Assembly: GCF_009914755.1 (NCBI RefSeq)
Contig: NC_060936.1
Length of the DNA stretch: 64,000 bases
Direction: 5' to 3' (one strand)
DNA from: the human T2T-CHM13v2.0 reference genome, Homo sapiens
The notes beneath the pieces were generated by a model. The model had not been told where the DNA came from and searched no databases. It saw nothing but the letters and a program-made list of their open reading frames with translations. Position 1 is the stretch's first letter. Every line of letters starts with the position of its first letter. The position numbers were made by a program, and so were the translations under genes. Shown here one piece after another: positions 40,811-54,239 of the stretch.

Positions 40811-42031
40811 TGAAGCCCGTTCTTGTGTACAGTGTTATCTCCTCACCACCTTCTGCTGTCCTTTGCTGAATTGCCAAGAACACTCTGCAAAGGGACCTGA
40901 TTCCATATAAATGGAGGGGTTTTTGTTTTTGTTTTAAAATGAGTTCCTTTGATCTGAAGAGCCCAACTCGGATGTAAGTGCCTTAAAACACACTGTGGTC
41001 CCAGCGCCTGGAAACTCCTGGAGAAAGTTCACAGCAGTCACTCAGCCACATGAATCCTACATAAAGGAAGTGGCCATCTGAGCCACCCTGGAGGCCCTGG
41101 GATGGGGATTTAAATACATTTTGTAGCAGAAGAGCCAGGTGGCTAATCTCCGAGGCTCCAGAGCACTTTAGCCAATGAGATTATCTCTACTTTCTGTGTT
41201 TTTCCAAAGAACAATCAGGAAAGCATCAGTGGATGTTCTAAAAGTTCTGTTTTGACCTTTCTCCCAGCCCTCTCCTCCCTTCCTGTCAAATGGGGCAGCC
41301 CAGGCCTCAGGAGCCCTACTGGAAATACCACGCCTGTCATTGTGAGAACTTATTTTTCCCAAAGAGAGGAGGATATTCCGCTCTCTGAATCAGGGGAAGG
41401 GTTTGGAGAGGTATTGCCTATCCGGATGTCAGTCACATGGACAATGCCTCTTCTGCCACTTCTCCAGAAGCCTGGCCCATTATGGGTGCACCCCAGGTAC
41501 TGAACACAGTGGCTTCAGGCCCCCTGGGAAGGCGCAAGCAAACCCCAGCCCAAGGTGCTCCTGGGAGCTCAGTCCACTTTAGAACTCCTTTCTACTCTTC
41601 CCTCTTCAGTTTGTGGTATCTGAGAACAATTCTGGACTCATTTGCTTAAATTTTGCTTTCAGTTCAGCTCCAGTAGATTTGGCCCATGACTCAAGACATA
41701 GGAGACCCCTCAGACTAGGCTAGGACCAGATGAGTTTGGAGATGGTGTAAGGGACAGGAAGACAGAGGACCTCCGAATGCACAGCCTCTCCTACCCATGG
41801 CATGCACTGAGCACTTGGTTACCGGTGTGCTGCTGGGTGGTATCATCTGGAGTCATGAAACCGTGGAAATGTGAGGGACTTTATATTAACCAGTTTACTT
41901 TTTGTTCATGCACGGAATAGTGAAAAGATCTTCCTGTGACTTTAATTAACTAGCAATAGAGCCAAGACTAGAATCATGTCTCCTGATTTCTAGACCAGCT
42001 CTTTCCTGCCATACAGCACTGCCTCTTTTAA

Positions 42032-42410
<379 letters not shown>

Positions 42411-43052
42411 AATTGTCTTGGATTTTTACACATATATCCTGTCTCTTAAACTACACTATAAGCCCCTTGAAACCCAGAACTGTGCCTTCTATTGCCTCTG
42501 ATTCCCACACAACATAAGCAAAGGGAACTTACTGAATAAGCAAAAGAAAGAGTTTGTTTTCTTTGCAGTGGGACTCCCTGGGCAAAGCTTGTGGCCTGTC
42601 TTAGGCTCAAAAGGCACGCAGAGCTGAGCACACAAGCACAATTAAAGCAGACTTTCTCTACTCGGCCTTAACTGTCTGGGGGTACTTAGGTATAGAAACT
42701 GCATATATCGTGGCCAGGACCCACTTCTTTTTGAAGCCTAAATTATTTGGGTTTTCCTGGTCAATCAGCCAGAACTCAATAGCCAAAATCAGGAAGTAGG
42801 AAGGGAGGATGACAGTGACTTTGAACATGACTTTAAGGAGCTTGTAATGGTACCGCCAGTGTGTCAGTGATAGCAACTGGGAGTTAATTCCAGATGCCAG
42901 CCAACCAAGCGAAATGGACACAATGACCCCGACCTGTTATCTATGTATTTATTAGGGGCCTGCAATTTTTATTAGGGGTATTAGGACGTATCATAAAGAA
43001 CAAGCATGGTCCTTTCACTAGAGAAATTTGACAGTCTAAGAAAAGAGTATAA

Positions 43053-43482
43053 CAGTCAGCTTTTGCTGTGGAAATAAACCATCTCAAACTCTGCATGGCT
43101 TACAACCAGCAACATTTACACCTGGCTCATGGCACCTGAGGGTGGTGGTCAGCTGCAGCTCTTCTGCACTCAGCTGGACTCTGGGCTTGACCACATTCTG
43201 CGTGCCATCCAATTCTGGAGCCCAGGTCGAAGGAGCCCTCACCTTCGGTGGTAGGCCTTGTGGTTGTCATGGCTGGGGGAGGTGCTCACAAAATGGGGCT
43301 TAGAGCCAAACCGCACTAGCAACTTAAGGCTTATGCTTAGATGTGGCTTCTGTCTTAGCTGTTCACATTCCACTGGCCAAAGCGAGTCACATGGCCACCC
43401 TCAAAGATAATGGGGCCAAGAAGTGTGCTGTACCTGCAGAGAAGCATGGGTGAACGATTGAGAACACATAGCAGCCTACCAC
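43053..43482 (-). mobile_element. MaLR LTR, MLT1H/I/J-like
   Basis: cagtcagcttttgctgtggaaataaaccatctcaaa..ggcttacaac..cacattccactggccaaagcgagtcacatggcca..ctaccaca. Confidence 0.7.
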
Positions 43483-44089
43483 AAAGAGACTGAGGAGATG
43501 ATTGTTATCAACAGCTGTAGCTACAGTAATTGCTCTAGTACAGAGATTCTTAATTAGAGATGAATATGGTTGAGAGCCACTCATGCTACAGTGCATTAAA
43601 AGGAAGAATTAGATTAGATCGGGTCACTTGGTTTCCACTACAGAGGAAATTTCCCGAGGACGGAGCCCTGTCTCCATCTGCACTTAAGTAAGGTAGACGT
43701 GTCTTGTAGTGGTCAGGAAGCAGTAACACTCCTAGGAATTCTCTCAAGAGGATGCAGGCCTCAAATGCAAGGCCCTCATGTTACCTGCCGTGCAGTCCAG
43801 GAAAATATTTTCGCCATTAGAGATGATGACACTGAGATGGATTTGCTGTTGTGGGTGCCTTGTAGGTAGCTCCATGCTTATGCATAGGAGCAGCAACGGT
43901 GTCTGGTTTCCTTTGGGTCACCAGTAAAATGGTGGCTCTTCCTCAGCTCATCCAGCCTTCTGCCCTTTCTTGCTGGAATAGTGTCTGTGCAGCTTTTGAA
44001 ACAGGGAACCATGCAGACCATGGTGGATCAGTGCACTGTACCAGTGTGGTTGGTGTCATCTACAAAGATGTCAGCAGTATCTCCCCTGA

Positions 44090-45705
44090 CTACAAACCTA
44101 GACAAATGCCTCCGTCTTCTACTTCTCATAGCCATAGGTTATCTCTTTCTGTATTTCAGCAAAACTCCTCAAGAGTTGCCTCTACCTGTTGTCTGTGATT
44201 CTTGTCCTCCCATTCTCTCTTGAATCCACTCTGATGGGGCTTTCTTCCCCACTGCTGCACCAAAACATCTCCTGTCCAGACCATCAGTGATCACCGTTAC
44301 CGCACCCAGTGCTCTGTCCTCCAGGGCCATGTTACATGATCTGTTGGCAGCTTTGGATACAGCTGATCGCTCCTTGTCTTTGAACCACCGTTGCCCTTGG
44401 CCCTTGGCACACTGCTCTTTCTTAGCTCTGCCCTTCATTCACTTGTTTCTTCTTCTTGGAATCCCTTGCTGACTTCTGTCTCATCTTCTCACCCTCTTAA
44501 CATTGGGAAGCTCCAGGGGTAGATCCTGAGACCTCTCCTCTGTCTGTACTCACTCCCTAGTTATCACGTCCAGCCTCCTGGTGTTAAATATAATCTATGT
44601 ATCTTCCAGTAACCAGCAGCTGTGTGTCACCAGCCCAGACCTTTTTTCCAAACCTCAGACTTGTATCCCTACCTGCCGACTCCGTTCCTCTCCTGTCTGA
44701 ATAGATAATAAGTATCTTGCACTTAGCAAGACCCATGGCAGAACTCACAGTCTTCCCAGAGTCTTTCTCAGCTTGGTAAATGCTAGCCTCATCCTTCTAG
44801 CTTCTCAGGCCTTATTGGACTTATTTCTTTTTCTCACTCTTTGATTACAATCCATCAGAAAATCCTATGAGCTTTACCTTCCAAACATGTCAAGAATTTG
44901 TCTCTTACCACCTGCACACTCAGCTCAGCGCTGGCCGCCCTCGCCTCCGTCCTGGATGATGGCGACAGCCTCCTGCAGGAGTCTCTGCCTCAACCCCTAT
45001 CATGGCCCGGACCTAACACGGCATTCAAACGGCCCTCTGAACAGCCAAGTCGGATCATGTTCCTGCCCTGCTCAGGACCCTCCACGGCTTCCCTGACTTG
45101 CCCAGAGTGAGCGCCAAAGTCCCATAGGCCCTGCGATCTCACGCCTCCTTCCTCCCTAAGCTCACCCCCTTCACCCTCCCCTCCTCTCCCTCCTCACCAG
45201 CCCTCCACAGTGACTCCCTTGCTATTCCTCCAACATTCCAAGCTCACCCCACTGTGGGGTGGTGGCCGGCACTTGCTCCTTCTGTCTGAACGCCCTCGGC
45301 TCAGCTCTCTGCACAGGCCTGCGCACCTCCTTGGCCCCCACCTCGGCTCAGCTCTCCATACAGGCCCGCACACTTCCTCGGCACCCCCTCGGCTCAGCTC
45401 TCATACAGGCCTGCGCACCTCCTCGGCCCGCCCCTTGGCTCAGCTCTCTGCACAGGCCTGCGTACCTCCTCGGCCCCCGCTGATGCCATCCCCTCACTCC
45501 CCGTTCATCCACCCTTCCCTGCTCCATTTCCCCACATCACCTCTCACCATCTGCCATTCTGTATGTGTATGTGTTCATTTGCTTATCACCCCTTACCTCA
45601 TGAGAATGTAACCTACGTGAGGCTAACAATTTTTGTTAGTTGTGTTCACAGCTGTGTCCTCAGCACCGACAATAAAGGTGATAAATATCTGTAGAATGAG
45701 CAAAC
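44090..45705 (+). mobile_element. L2 LINE relic containing a minisatellite
   Basis: L2 blocks (caatccatcagaaaatcct, tgactcccttgctattcctccaac) and a 3' end agaatgtaacctacgtgagg..tgttcacagctgtgtcctcagcacc..ataaatatctgtagaatga. Confidence 0.75.
45294..45479 (+). repeat. GC-rich minisatellite, 4 copies of a 46-47-bp unit
   Basis: Units start at 45294, 45341, 45387 and 45433. Consensus is approximately cctcggctcagctctctgcacaggcctgcgcacctcctcggcccc. Confidence 0.95.
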
Positions 45706-45975
45706 ATGGTTACACGGACGCCCATGGCGGCTGGCATAGCTTCACATCACAGGCCCTAAGAGCCACCCCACCCACTAAAATGATGTGAGTGGTGCCAGCT
45801 TCCTGGACATGTGCCTTTGCTGGCTTTTCCAAAGGGTCTTTACTTCTTCTGTCTCATTTGATCTTCATGACAATTGGGTGATATTAAGAAATGTACATAG
45901 GCAATATATAGATATGTAGGGTTTTTCTTACAACAAATAGGTTCATTGGGCCATTTTTGACATCTGCAATTCTAG

Positions 45976-46304
<329 letters not shown>

Positions 46305-46409
46305 TAAAAGTTGCATTTTTTAAATGCACATATATGTACTAAATGTCATTGAAATCTTATGATCACAGGTTATGGAAATAGATGATTGCGAGGGTACAAG
46401 TCCATGAGT

Positions 46410-46770
46410 CATTTATCAATTTGTTCAACAAAATCGACTGAGTACTTACTTTATGTAAGATTTTGCTAGCCATTATAGCAGATACAGAAGTGAGTCAGAT
46501 GCTAAGTGTGTTCTAGAGAGCTTGAAGTGTAGTAGAAGAAAAAATATTCATAAAAATGATTATATAAATAAAAATTGGAGCTGTCAAAAAGGAAAGTTTA
46601 GGTAAGATGTGCAATGTGATGAATTCTGTGACAAGCCATGCATTGGGGACACCATACTTTGGGGAGTGGTGATAGAGAATCAGGAGAGCCTTCTTGGAGA
46701 AGGTAGCATTTGGGATGGAACTTGAAGGATGAGTGAGGAGAGGCATTCCAGGAAATCACACAAAGGAAGG
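46410..46770 (-). mobile_element. L2 3' fragment, antisense
   Basis: ttcaacaaaatcgactgagtacttactttatgt..gagagccttcttggagaaggtagcatttg..cttgaaggatgagt. Confidence 0.6.
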
Positions 46771-47465
46771 AGAGTGGCCGTGGCCCTGGAGATGCACACT
46801 GTGAGGCTGCAAGGCTAACGGCTTGATTACACTGCAGAGGTGAAAATCAGATTGGCTCTTCCAATGGGGTTCTGTGTAGTTGAAAGATTTGGCCATTTGG
46901 CTTCATAGAGACTCTTCTACAGTAACAGAATCAGTTCTCTCTGCTGTGAGCATCCACTCTCCCACTGCAGCCATGCTGTGGAGCATGCGTATTACACCAA
47001 AGACTAAGCCATATGGAGGAATCAACGTTATACAGCCAGATGAACCATAGGGAGAGTTGTGGTTAAATATTTGCAATGTATATGCAAGGAGTACATTTGC
47101 TTGTGAAGCAGTAAGCAAGGGGTCGTTTCCTGCTTTCCATTTCATCTCATATGCCTTCTGGAGAAGAACTTTCAGGAGGGACTTGATAAAGGGAGAAGTC
47201 AAATGGAGATGAGAAAGATGTGTAGGGTCTTTGACGAAAACTCAGAGCAACCTAGACTTGATCTGATGATGAAAGGAACTGAAAAATCACCTTTCTGTAA
47301 GACCAGCACTAGCCTTGGAAGACACTCATCATGAATGTTTATTGAGCACTCTCTGTGAGCCAAGCACAAAGCTAGGTGCGGGGACAGAGGTAGATAGTGC
47401 ACTCCCATCAGTCAAATCAGAACACCTGTCCAGTTTTCATAAGGACCATCCGGTTTTAGATCTGG

Positions 47466-47685
47466 ACCTCCCAGTCCAGACTTGATAAGAGAACATCTTT
47501 CTAGAGCAGATAGTCAAAATCATGTAACTTAGTCCCTGAAACTGACATATTTTGGAGTTCAGAGAATATCTCCGAATCAGAGCAGAGGCTCAAGCCCACA
47601 CTGCTTCACTCTTTATCCTTTGCTTTTTCCACTGCCTGTGTCCTCATCGTCCCAGACTTCCCTTTAATCCTGGTTAATGTGATTT
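47466..47685 (+). repeat. Copy A of a ~220-bp dispersed direct duplication
   Basis: Aligns end to end with 49503-49720. Confidence 0.95.
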
Positions 47686-48029
47686 TGATTTAGTCCTAAT
47701 GGAATGCTTTAAGGACTTTTCGTGGGATACGTTTTTCCTAGTATGTGAGTCTTTACAAGATTAGATCTTTCAGGATGTCCCTTTTGTCAGTAAAATGTTA
47801 TATCTGGAAGCACACAGAATAGAAAACAGCTCGCTATTAAACGGAAGTTTACTTTCATCCTGAGAGGTGAGAAGGAGCACTGAGGACCATGTGTGGATAG
47901 AGGTCAGAAGCTTCAATTTTTCCTTGCTCAGGTGAGGACTGTTTCCTGAAAGCAAATCAGCACCAGTTAGTAGACAAATATCTGTGGAGTGGATACCATA
48001 TAGAAGGCAAGGAAAGCCTTACAACATGC

Positions 48030-48275
48030 TGGTTTTGAACATGAGTTCTTGAATCAGACTACTTACTGGCTTCTGCCACTTACTGACTCTGTACCCTTAG
48101 GGAAGTTGCTAAGCCTCTCTGTGCCTTAGTTTCCTCCTATGTAAAATGGGAATTGTAATCGAACGTATTACATATGCTGTTGGAAAGACTAAATGAGTTA
48201 AGGCACGCAAAGCACTTTAATGGTGTCCTGCTTATAGTAAGTGCTCAGTTAAGTGGTAGCTGTTACATTATATTA
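48030..48275 (+). mobile_element. MIR SINE
   Basis: ctgccacttactgactctgtacccttagggaagttgctaagcctctctgtgccttagtttcctcctatgtaaaatggg..tagtaagtgctca. Confidence 0.85.
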
Positions 48276-49502
48276 TATTACATATGTAGACTGAAATAGA
48301 GGACAAGATCATTCTCAAGAGACAACAAATATACTTTAAAAGATAAGGAATATTCAAGAGTTAAATAGCAGTTTGAGACCAAAAATCACCAGAGAGGCAT
48401 GTGTATGATTATTTGACTTGCATAGTGTAGATGATGAAATGGATTCAAGGGGAGAGTTTACCAGGGACTGTGGCAGTCTGAAAAGTTTTATGAAGGAGGA
48501 CATACCGGAGATAAGCCCTGAGGTTTATGTGGAACAGGCAGGAATGGGGATGGAAGGACATCTGAGGGTGAAAACCTTGTTTGTTTAGGTCACCAATGTG
48601 GGCCAGTCTCGGCCAGCACATAGGTGTGGGGTGCCCAAACCCATTACCGAAAAGGAAGTATGGGTCGTGAGAGCCAGGAGACAAAAGTCCGCAGTGAGCA
48701 GACTGAGCTGGGTCTTGGATGGCACACCAAGAGGCAGTTTTCTAAACAGCCACTGCTGTTCACTCTCCATACAAAACGTTCAAAAAAACCGCACTGCAGA
48801 GACAGCTAAGTGTCTTGGAAATCTACAAAAGAAGGTCAGAACTGACCATGAATCTTGAATTCCAGGGAGGTTCACGAACCCACCCGGGCTGGTGGCAGAG
48901 CTGAGGTCAGAGCCATACCGAAGCTGTCACCGCTCTCTCCCACCCTGCATGACCTCCATCCCAGAGGCCAGGTCTGGGCCATCCTGCTCTGTCCTGAGCG
49001 CCCTGCCAGAAGATCCTATGCTGCTTGACACCAAACACTCTTTTTTAAAACATTCTTACTGATACGATGAATATTGACTTAAAAATTGCTGCTGCAGAAG
49101 TTGAAAACTCACCTGAGTGCCAAGTCCCCAGGTGAACCACACGCATCCCGAGATGTAGTTTTCCTCCCAGGATGGGTTCTCCCCTCCTGGGGATTAGTCA
49201 CCGTGAAACTGGCCACACTGATTAGCAAGCGGTGCCAGTTAATCAGACCCACTGAGGGCACATTAGGGCTGCTAAAAGCGGCTTTTCTGAGTGTTTTCAC
49301 ACTTTGATGGTTTAAAGCCACTCATGCTGTCCTGTCTGAAATTTGCTGTTGGTAAATTGAGCCACAGCAGATTTGCAATCCCATCGTGGCTCCCAGGAAA
49401 GTGTTTTCTGGCCCAGTTGGTGCCGCATTGTGCAAGAGAGGAGGCTAGGCAGCAGGCATGGTCCCTGCAAACAGCTCCTGAACCTCGCTTGCAGTTAAGG
49501 AC

Positions 49503-49720
49503 ACCTCCCAGTCTGGACTGATAAGAGAACATCTTTCTGGAGCAGATATTCAAAATCCTGTAACTCAGCCCCTGAAACTGACATATCTTGGAGTCCCAGA
49601 GAAGATCCCAGAGTCAGGGAAGAGGCTCAAACCACAGTGCTTCACTCCCCATCCCTTGCTTTTTCCACTGCCTGTGTCCTCATGTTCCCAGACTTCCTTT
49701 AATTCTGGTTGATGTGATTT
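49503..49720 (+). repeat. Copy B of the ~220-bp dispersed direct duplication
   Basis: Shares gataagagaacatctttct, ccctgaaactgacatat and ttgctttttccactgcctgtgtcctcat with copy A. Confidence 0.95.
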
Positions 49721-52700
49721 AACACTGAAGTACCCACAGGATGCTGCTGGTGCAGCTGAGCACAAGCCTGGGTAGGCAGAGGACCCAGCCTCCAGCCCTG
49801 CATTCACCCGGACAAGCCTGGAGACCTTGGGCAGGTCTGCCCTCCCTCTGGACTTTGTCCTGCATCTGGGACTTGAAGGGCCTGGACTGGCTGGCCTCTG
49901 CATCCCCTTCCCTCTCCCACATGCTCATCCCCACCGCACCAGGCTGTACCCTCACTGCTTGCAGACCTTCAGCCTCTCCACCCCTGTTCTCACCCCCTCT
50001 CATGTCCTTGGACTTGGCCCTCATTCTCCCCTCACTTTCTATTTTGCTTCCTCTTGCTTTTTATCCCCTTTGTCTTATAGGGGTCTTACAGGCCACATAC
50101 CCTTAAACAACATGAGGGGACACTTACAAAGCTACTTATGAGGACAGGGGCATGTGCAGGGGGCCACCCCTGAGGCCGTCCCTCATTCTCCTTCACACAG
50201 CGCTGGAGGCTGCCTGGTCCCCCTGCCCGCCCATCGGAGATGGTCCCTACAACATCTTCTAAGCCCTTTCCCTCCCACTTCTTTCACTGCCACAGGAAGT
50301 ACTCAAACCTTGTCCGCTGTATGTGTCTCATGGCACTGTTCCTGAATCCGAATGTCTGGGTGGGAGGGGACTAGGCTAGTACAACTGAGCTTCCATTCTG
50401 CAGAGAGGAGCCCTGAGGCCAGAGGGCCACATGGCTTCCTTAAGGTCACAGAGTGACCTGGTGGCAGGTGGGCAGGACCCTTGCTTCCTGCACGGTCTGC
50501 AAGGGGACTCTGATGGCAATGGTGAGGGAACCCTCAGGGCTGCTGATCTTTGCTGCCCCCAGGTCTCCCAGCCTCCCCAGAAGGGAGGAAGCCCCAGGAC
50601 CCGCTCCCCGCCTTCCCACCCAGGCAGCCTGGGGTTGTGCTCTGCAGATGGGGCAGAGCACCCTGGAGGGCAGCCAGAGACAGCAGGGGGTGGCGGGGGG
50701 CCCTTCACACTGCAGGAGGCTTGCCTCTAAGAAACAGAATTTAGAACAGGGTGGGTCCCACGCCCAGCCCCGCCCTGCCCCTTAGCACCTGCCAGGCCCA
50801 CCCTCTCCCCCGGTGTCTCCTGATCTCCCAGTGTGGACGGTCTTTCCCCTTGACTGCTGCATCCCCAGTTAAGCAACTCTCTTCCCGGCATCCTCCCAGG
50901 TGCCCCTGAAAGACGCCTGGGCCAGCAGCTCAAGGCCCACTCAGAGTCCCGACCCTGCTGCGACTTCTCTGTTGCCCTGCCAGGTGCTTTGCCTCGGTTT
51001 CTCAATCTACAAAGAGTGAGTGATGGGGGTGCCGTGGATAAGGAGGAGATTCTACCTGTGCAGCCCTGTGAGCTCCCAGCATCCGAGACCTCTTGGAGAG
51101 GGACCCTGTGGGTTGGCAGGAGCCACCGCACCAGATAGGAAGGGAAGAGGCCCGCCATGCGGCAAAGTGAGCTGATGGACACAGTAAGCACACTCACAGG
51201 TTCCCGCCTCTGCTATAGTGGAGTTTCACTGAGAGGTTACTGAGTATCAACAACAGTATGTGGCTGAACTGGGAACATCTCTATTATTTAGTGTTCTAGA
51301 TACAGCAGGTAAAAAGTCCTCATGGCAAAGAATGCCTGCAGTCACACAGGAACGTCACATGTGTGCTAAGGCACACACACATTCCTCCAGTCACGAACTG
51401 GTCTCTTTTTGATTTGAGAACAAAATGTAGGAGGCAGTGATAAATGTTAGGGTTACCTCCAACTACAAGCAATATTCAGCATCCGTTCAAGGCCTTCAGA
51501 CTCAAAGAGCTTGATTAGCTGATGAATCGGCCCAGTGGTCTAGAAACACAGGGACGTTATCCCTAATTTAGAGATAGGCAAATCCAGGCTATCTAGTTCA
51601 GACTGTTTTCCAGTCGGGATAACTCCCTCCAGGACTTGGTTTCTGTTGTTTGGAAGAGAACACAGCTTCCTGAGCCGAGGGGAATCACATTGCTTCTGGG
51701 CTGTAGGGCGCCCTGCCTGGCTCTAGAGATTGAGAGTAGTTCATAGTTTGCCTGTTGCCTTATTTATGTTTCAAGAGTTGTGAGCCCCTTGGGTGGCAGG
51801 ACCTGATGGCAAATAGTATTGTTGTCACCTCAGGAATTGTGATGGGGTGGGAGGCACTCCGGCCTGCCGGTGAGGAGACCAGGGATCTAAGTCTGGCCAG
51901 CTGTGTGACCTTGTCATTTAACCTCTGACCCTCAGCCTCCTCACCTGCAAAATGGGAGGGTACAACTGTATTCGCCCTAGAGTATTAGCCTTTAGATGCC
52001 TGCCGTGCTCACCTTTCACCATGGCAGTTGCCCTCTGAATCATGCGTAATTTTCAGTCAGCTGACTTCTTGAGCACCCTCTTGCATGTTAGTTAGTTTAG
52101 TTTTGTTTTGTTTTGTTTTTTAATATTTGGCTTGGGAACGTTTCAGAGCCACCAAGGTTGTTGCCATTTCTGTTGGGGGTACCCCAGTAGACTATGTGGT
52201 GTATGACCCCAAGGATATACAGAATCACATCGGGAGGGGAAAAACTTGTTGGTATATATATACATATATACAAACATTAGCCAGGAGAAATGGTTCTGTG
52301 CCTCTCACAAAAAGCTCACAAAACACTGTGGTCTGTGGCAGCAGCAGATGATATTGATGATGATAGAAAAGTTCTGTCTTCACTCAGACATGCCATTGAT
52401 CAAGAGCATTTATTCAGAGACTACTATCTGCCAGGCATCGAGCCACGCGACACGAGCCACCAGTCCGTTTCTTCATCTATGCCGCATTGTGTTGATACTG
52501 GCAAAGGACTGAAATAGGAAATACACTCATGTCATAGGAGGTGTCAAGCTGTTTGTCAGGGCAGAGAAGAGGAGAGTAACGTGGCACAAGTTGTAGACAT
52601 CTTCCTTCTGAAGACATGGGTGATTGGAACAGCATGTCATCAGGTGAGTTTTCAGTGTTGCTTCCAGTTCTAAGCTGGGATAATTCTGAGTATTCTTAAA

Positions 52701-53629
52701 ATGTACTGCTGTTGGAGGATAATGGAAAAGCGCTGAACTCAGAAAAAGCCTTGGGACTGTGAGCACCATCAACTGCATTGAGGAGACATCCAAAAGTATA
52801 ATGCCTTCTTCAGGCTGTTTTTACTAGACCATATAGTCCTACTAATAAACACTTGTGCAAAACAGAAATACTTTTAAAAAAATAATATATTTATTCACTT
52901 AATTTTCCCAGAAATAATGCCTTGATCATATGTTTTCCCCAGAAATTGTTAGACTTACCTTCTATGGTCAACAAGAGCTTTCCTGAATTTCTTGAGATTT
53001 AGTGAAAGCAGGTAGATGTAAACTATATTAATTACATTGCATTTTCCAGAAATAAAAAAAAGCTTGAATACCCCTGAAATTCCTCTGAGTATTATCATCC
53101 TGTGCTTTGTTGATAGAGAATAGCAGTGACCTAATAATTTCTTTTTTAACCACTAATTCTAGACCTGAGGTGTCATGACAGAGTATGACCCTGGGCAAAT
53201 GCCACTCTTTCAGCTCCCAATATAGTAAGCAATCACACAGCCCAGAGGTGGGAGAGTAGGTCCTAAAATAAGAGCAGGTATTTATTAAGCACTCATCTTG
53301 AGCCCAGGACTGTGGCAGGTGGTATAATCATCACAAGAGACAAGAGGGCTTCTTAAACTCAGGAAGCTCCATAATGGATTCCTTTTTGTGTCTGGAGACC
53401 TCCAAACATGAAATCACAGACAAGGTGATGACTGATTAAAAATAATGGCAATAATAAAGGCCACTTAGGCTTATAAGTGACCCAGGCTTTCTAAATGTTG
53501 GAAAGAAAAATGAGGGGGGAATGAAATGAAGATCCAGTGAGGCCAGCGTCCTGTGAAGTGATCAATACGCAGAACGTGAGCCCCATGTGCCTGTTATTAT
53601 TGGTTGATTCTCTCGTGCTGATTCATGAC

Positions 53630-53855
53630 ACTTAGTGGTTAAAGACTCAGATGGTGGAATCCCACTACCTAGGTTCAAATTCCCAGAGCCACCATTTATT
53701 AGCTGTGTGCCTCGATTTCCTGATCTATAAAATGGGGGCTAAAATTACACCTGCCTGCTTCCTGGAGTTGTTGTGAGGATTAAATAAGTAAATGCTTTTA
53801 AAGCAATAGAATTGTGTGAAACACACAGGAAGCACTCAGCAAATACTAGCTACTA
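53630..53855 (+). mobile_element. MIR SINE
   Basis: tagtggttaaaga..ggttcaaat..tttcctgatctataaaatgggg..gttgttgtgaggattaaata. Confidence 0.8.
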
Positions 53856-53939
53856 GTACTCTGTGGGTCCAACTCCCTATCTGTCTACCTCAGGCTCCAA
53901 GTTGGACTGATCAGAGAAGGGGACCTTCTATACTTGATC

Positions 53940-54227
53940 TTTTTTTTTTTTTGAGACCGAGTCTCGATCTGTCTCCCAGGCTGCATTGTCAAGATCTCGG
54001 CTCACTGCAACCACCCCCTCCCGGGTTCAAATGATTCTCGTGCCTCATCTTCCAAGTAGCTGGGATTATAGGCATGTGCCACCACGCCTGGCTAATTTTT
54101 GTATTTTTTGGAAAGACAGGATTTCACCATGTTGGCCAGGCAGGTCTTGAATTCCTGACCTCAGGTTATCTGCTCTCCTCGGCCTTCCAAAATGCTAGGA
54201 TTACAGTTGTGAGCCACTGTGCCTGAC
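53940..54227 (-). mobile_element. AluS (Sx-like)
   Basis: PolyT, then gagaccgagtctc...cctgacctcagg..gagccactgtgcctgac. Confidence 0.92.
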
Positions 54228-54239
54228 GTACACATCATT

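Noticed and set aside
45294-45479. CRISPR-like or other prokaryotic repeat array
   Set aside because: Head-to-tail units without unique spacers in a primate intron. No prokaryotic, viral-coding, tRNA or rRNA sequence was recognised anywhere in the window.
50700-50830. GC box (gccccgccc) in a locally GC-rich stretch, as a possible internal promoter
   Set aside because: CpG density is too low for an island, and a single Sp1-type motif is expected by chance.
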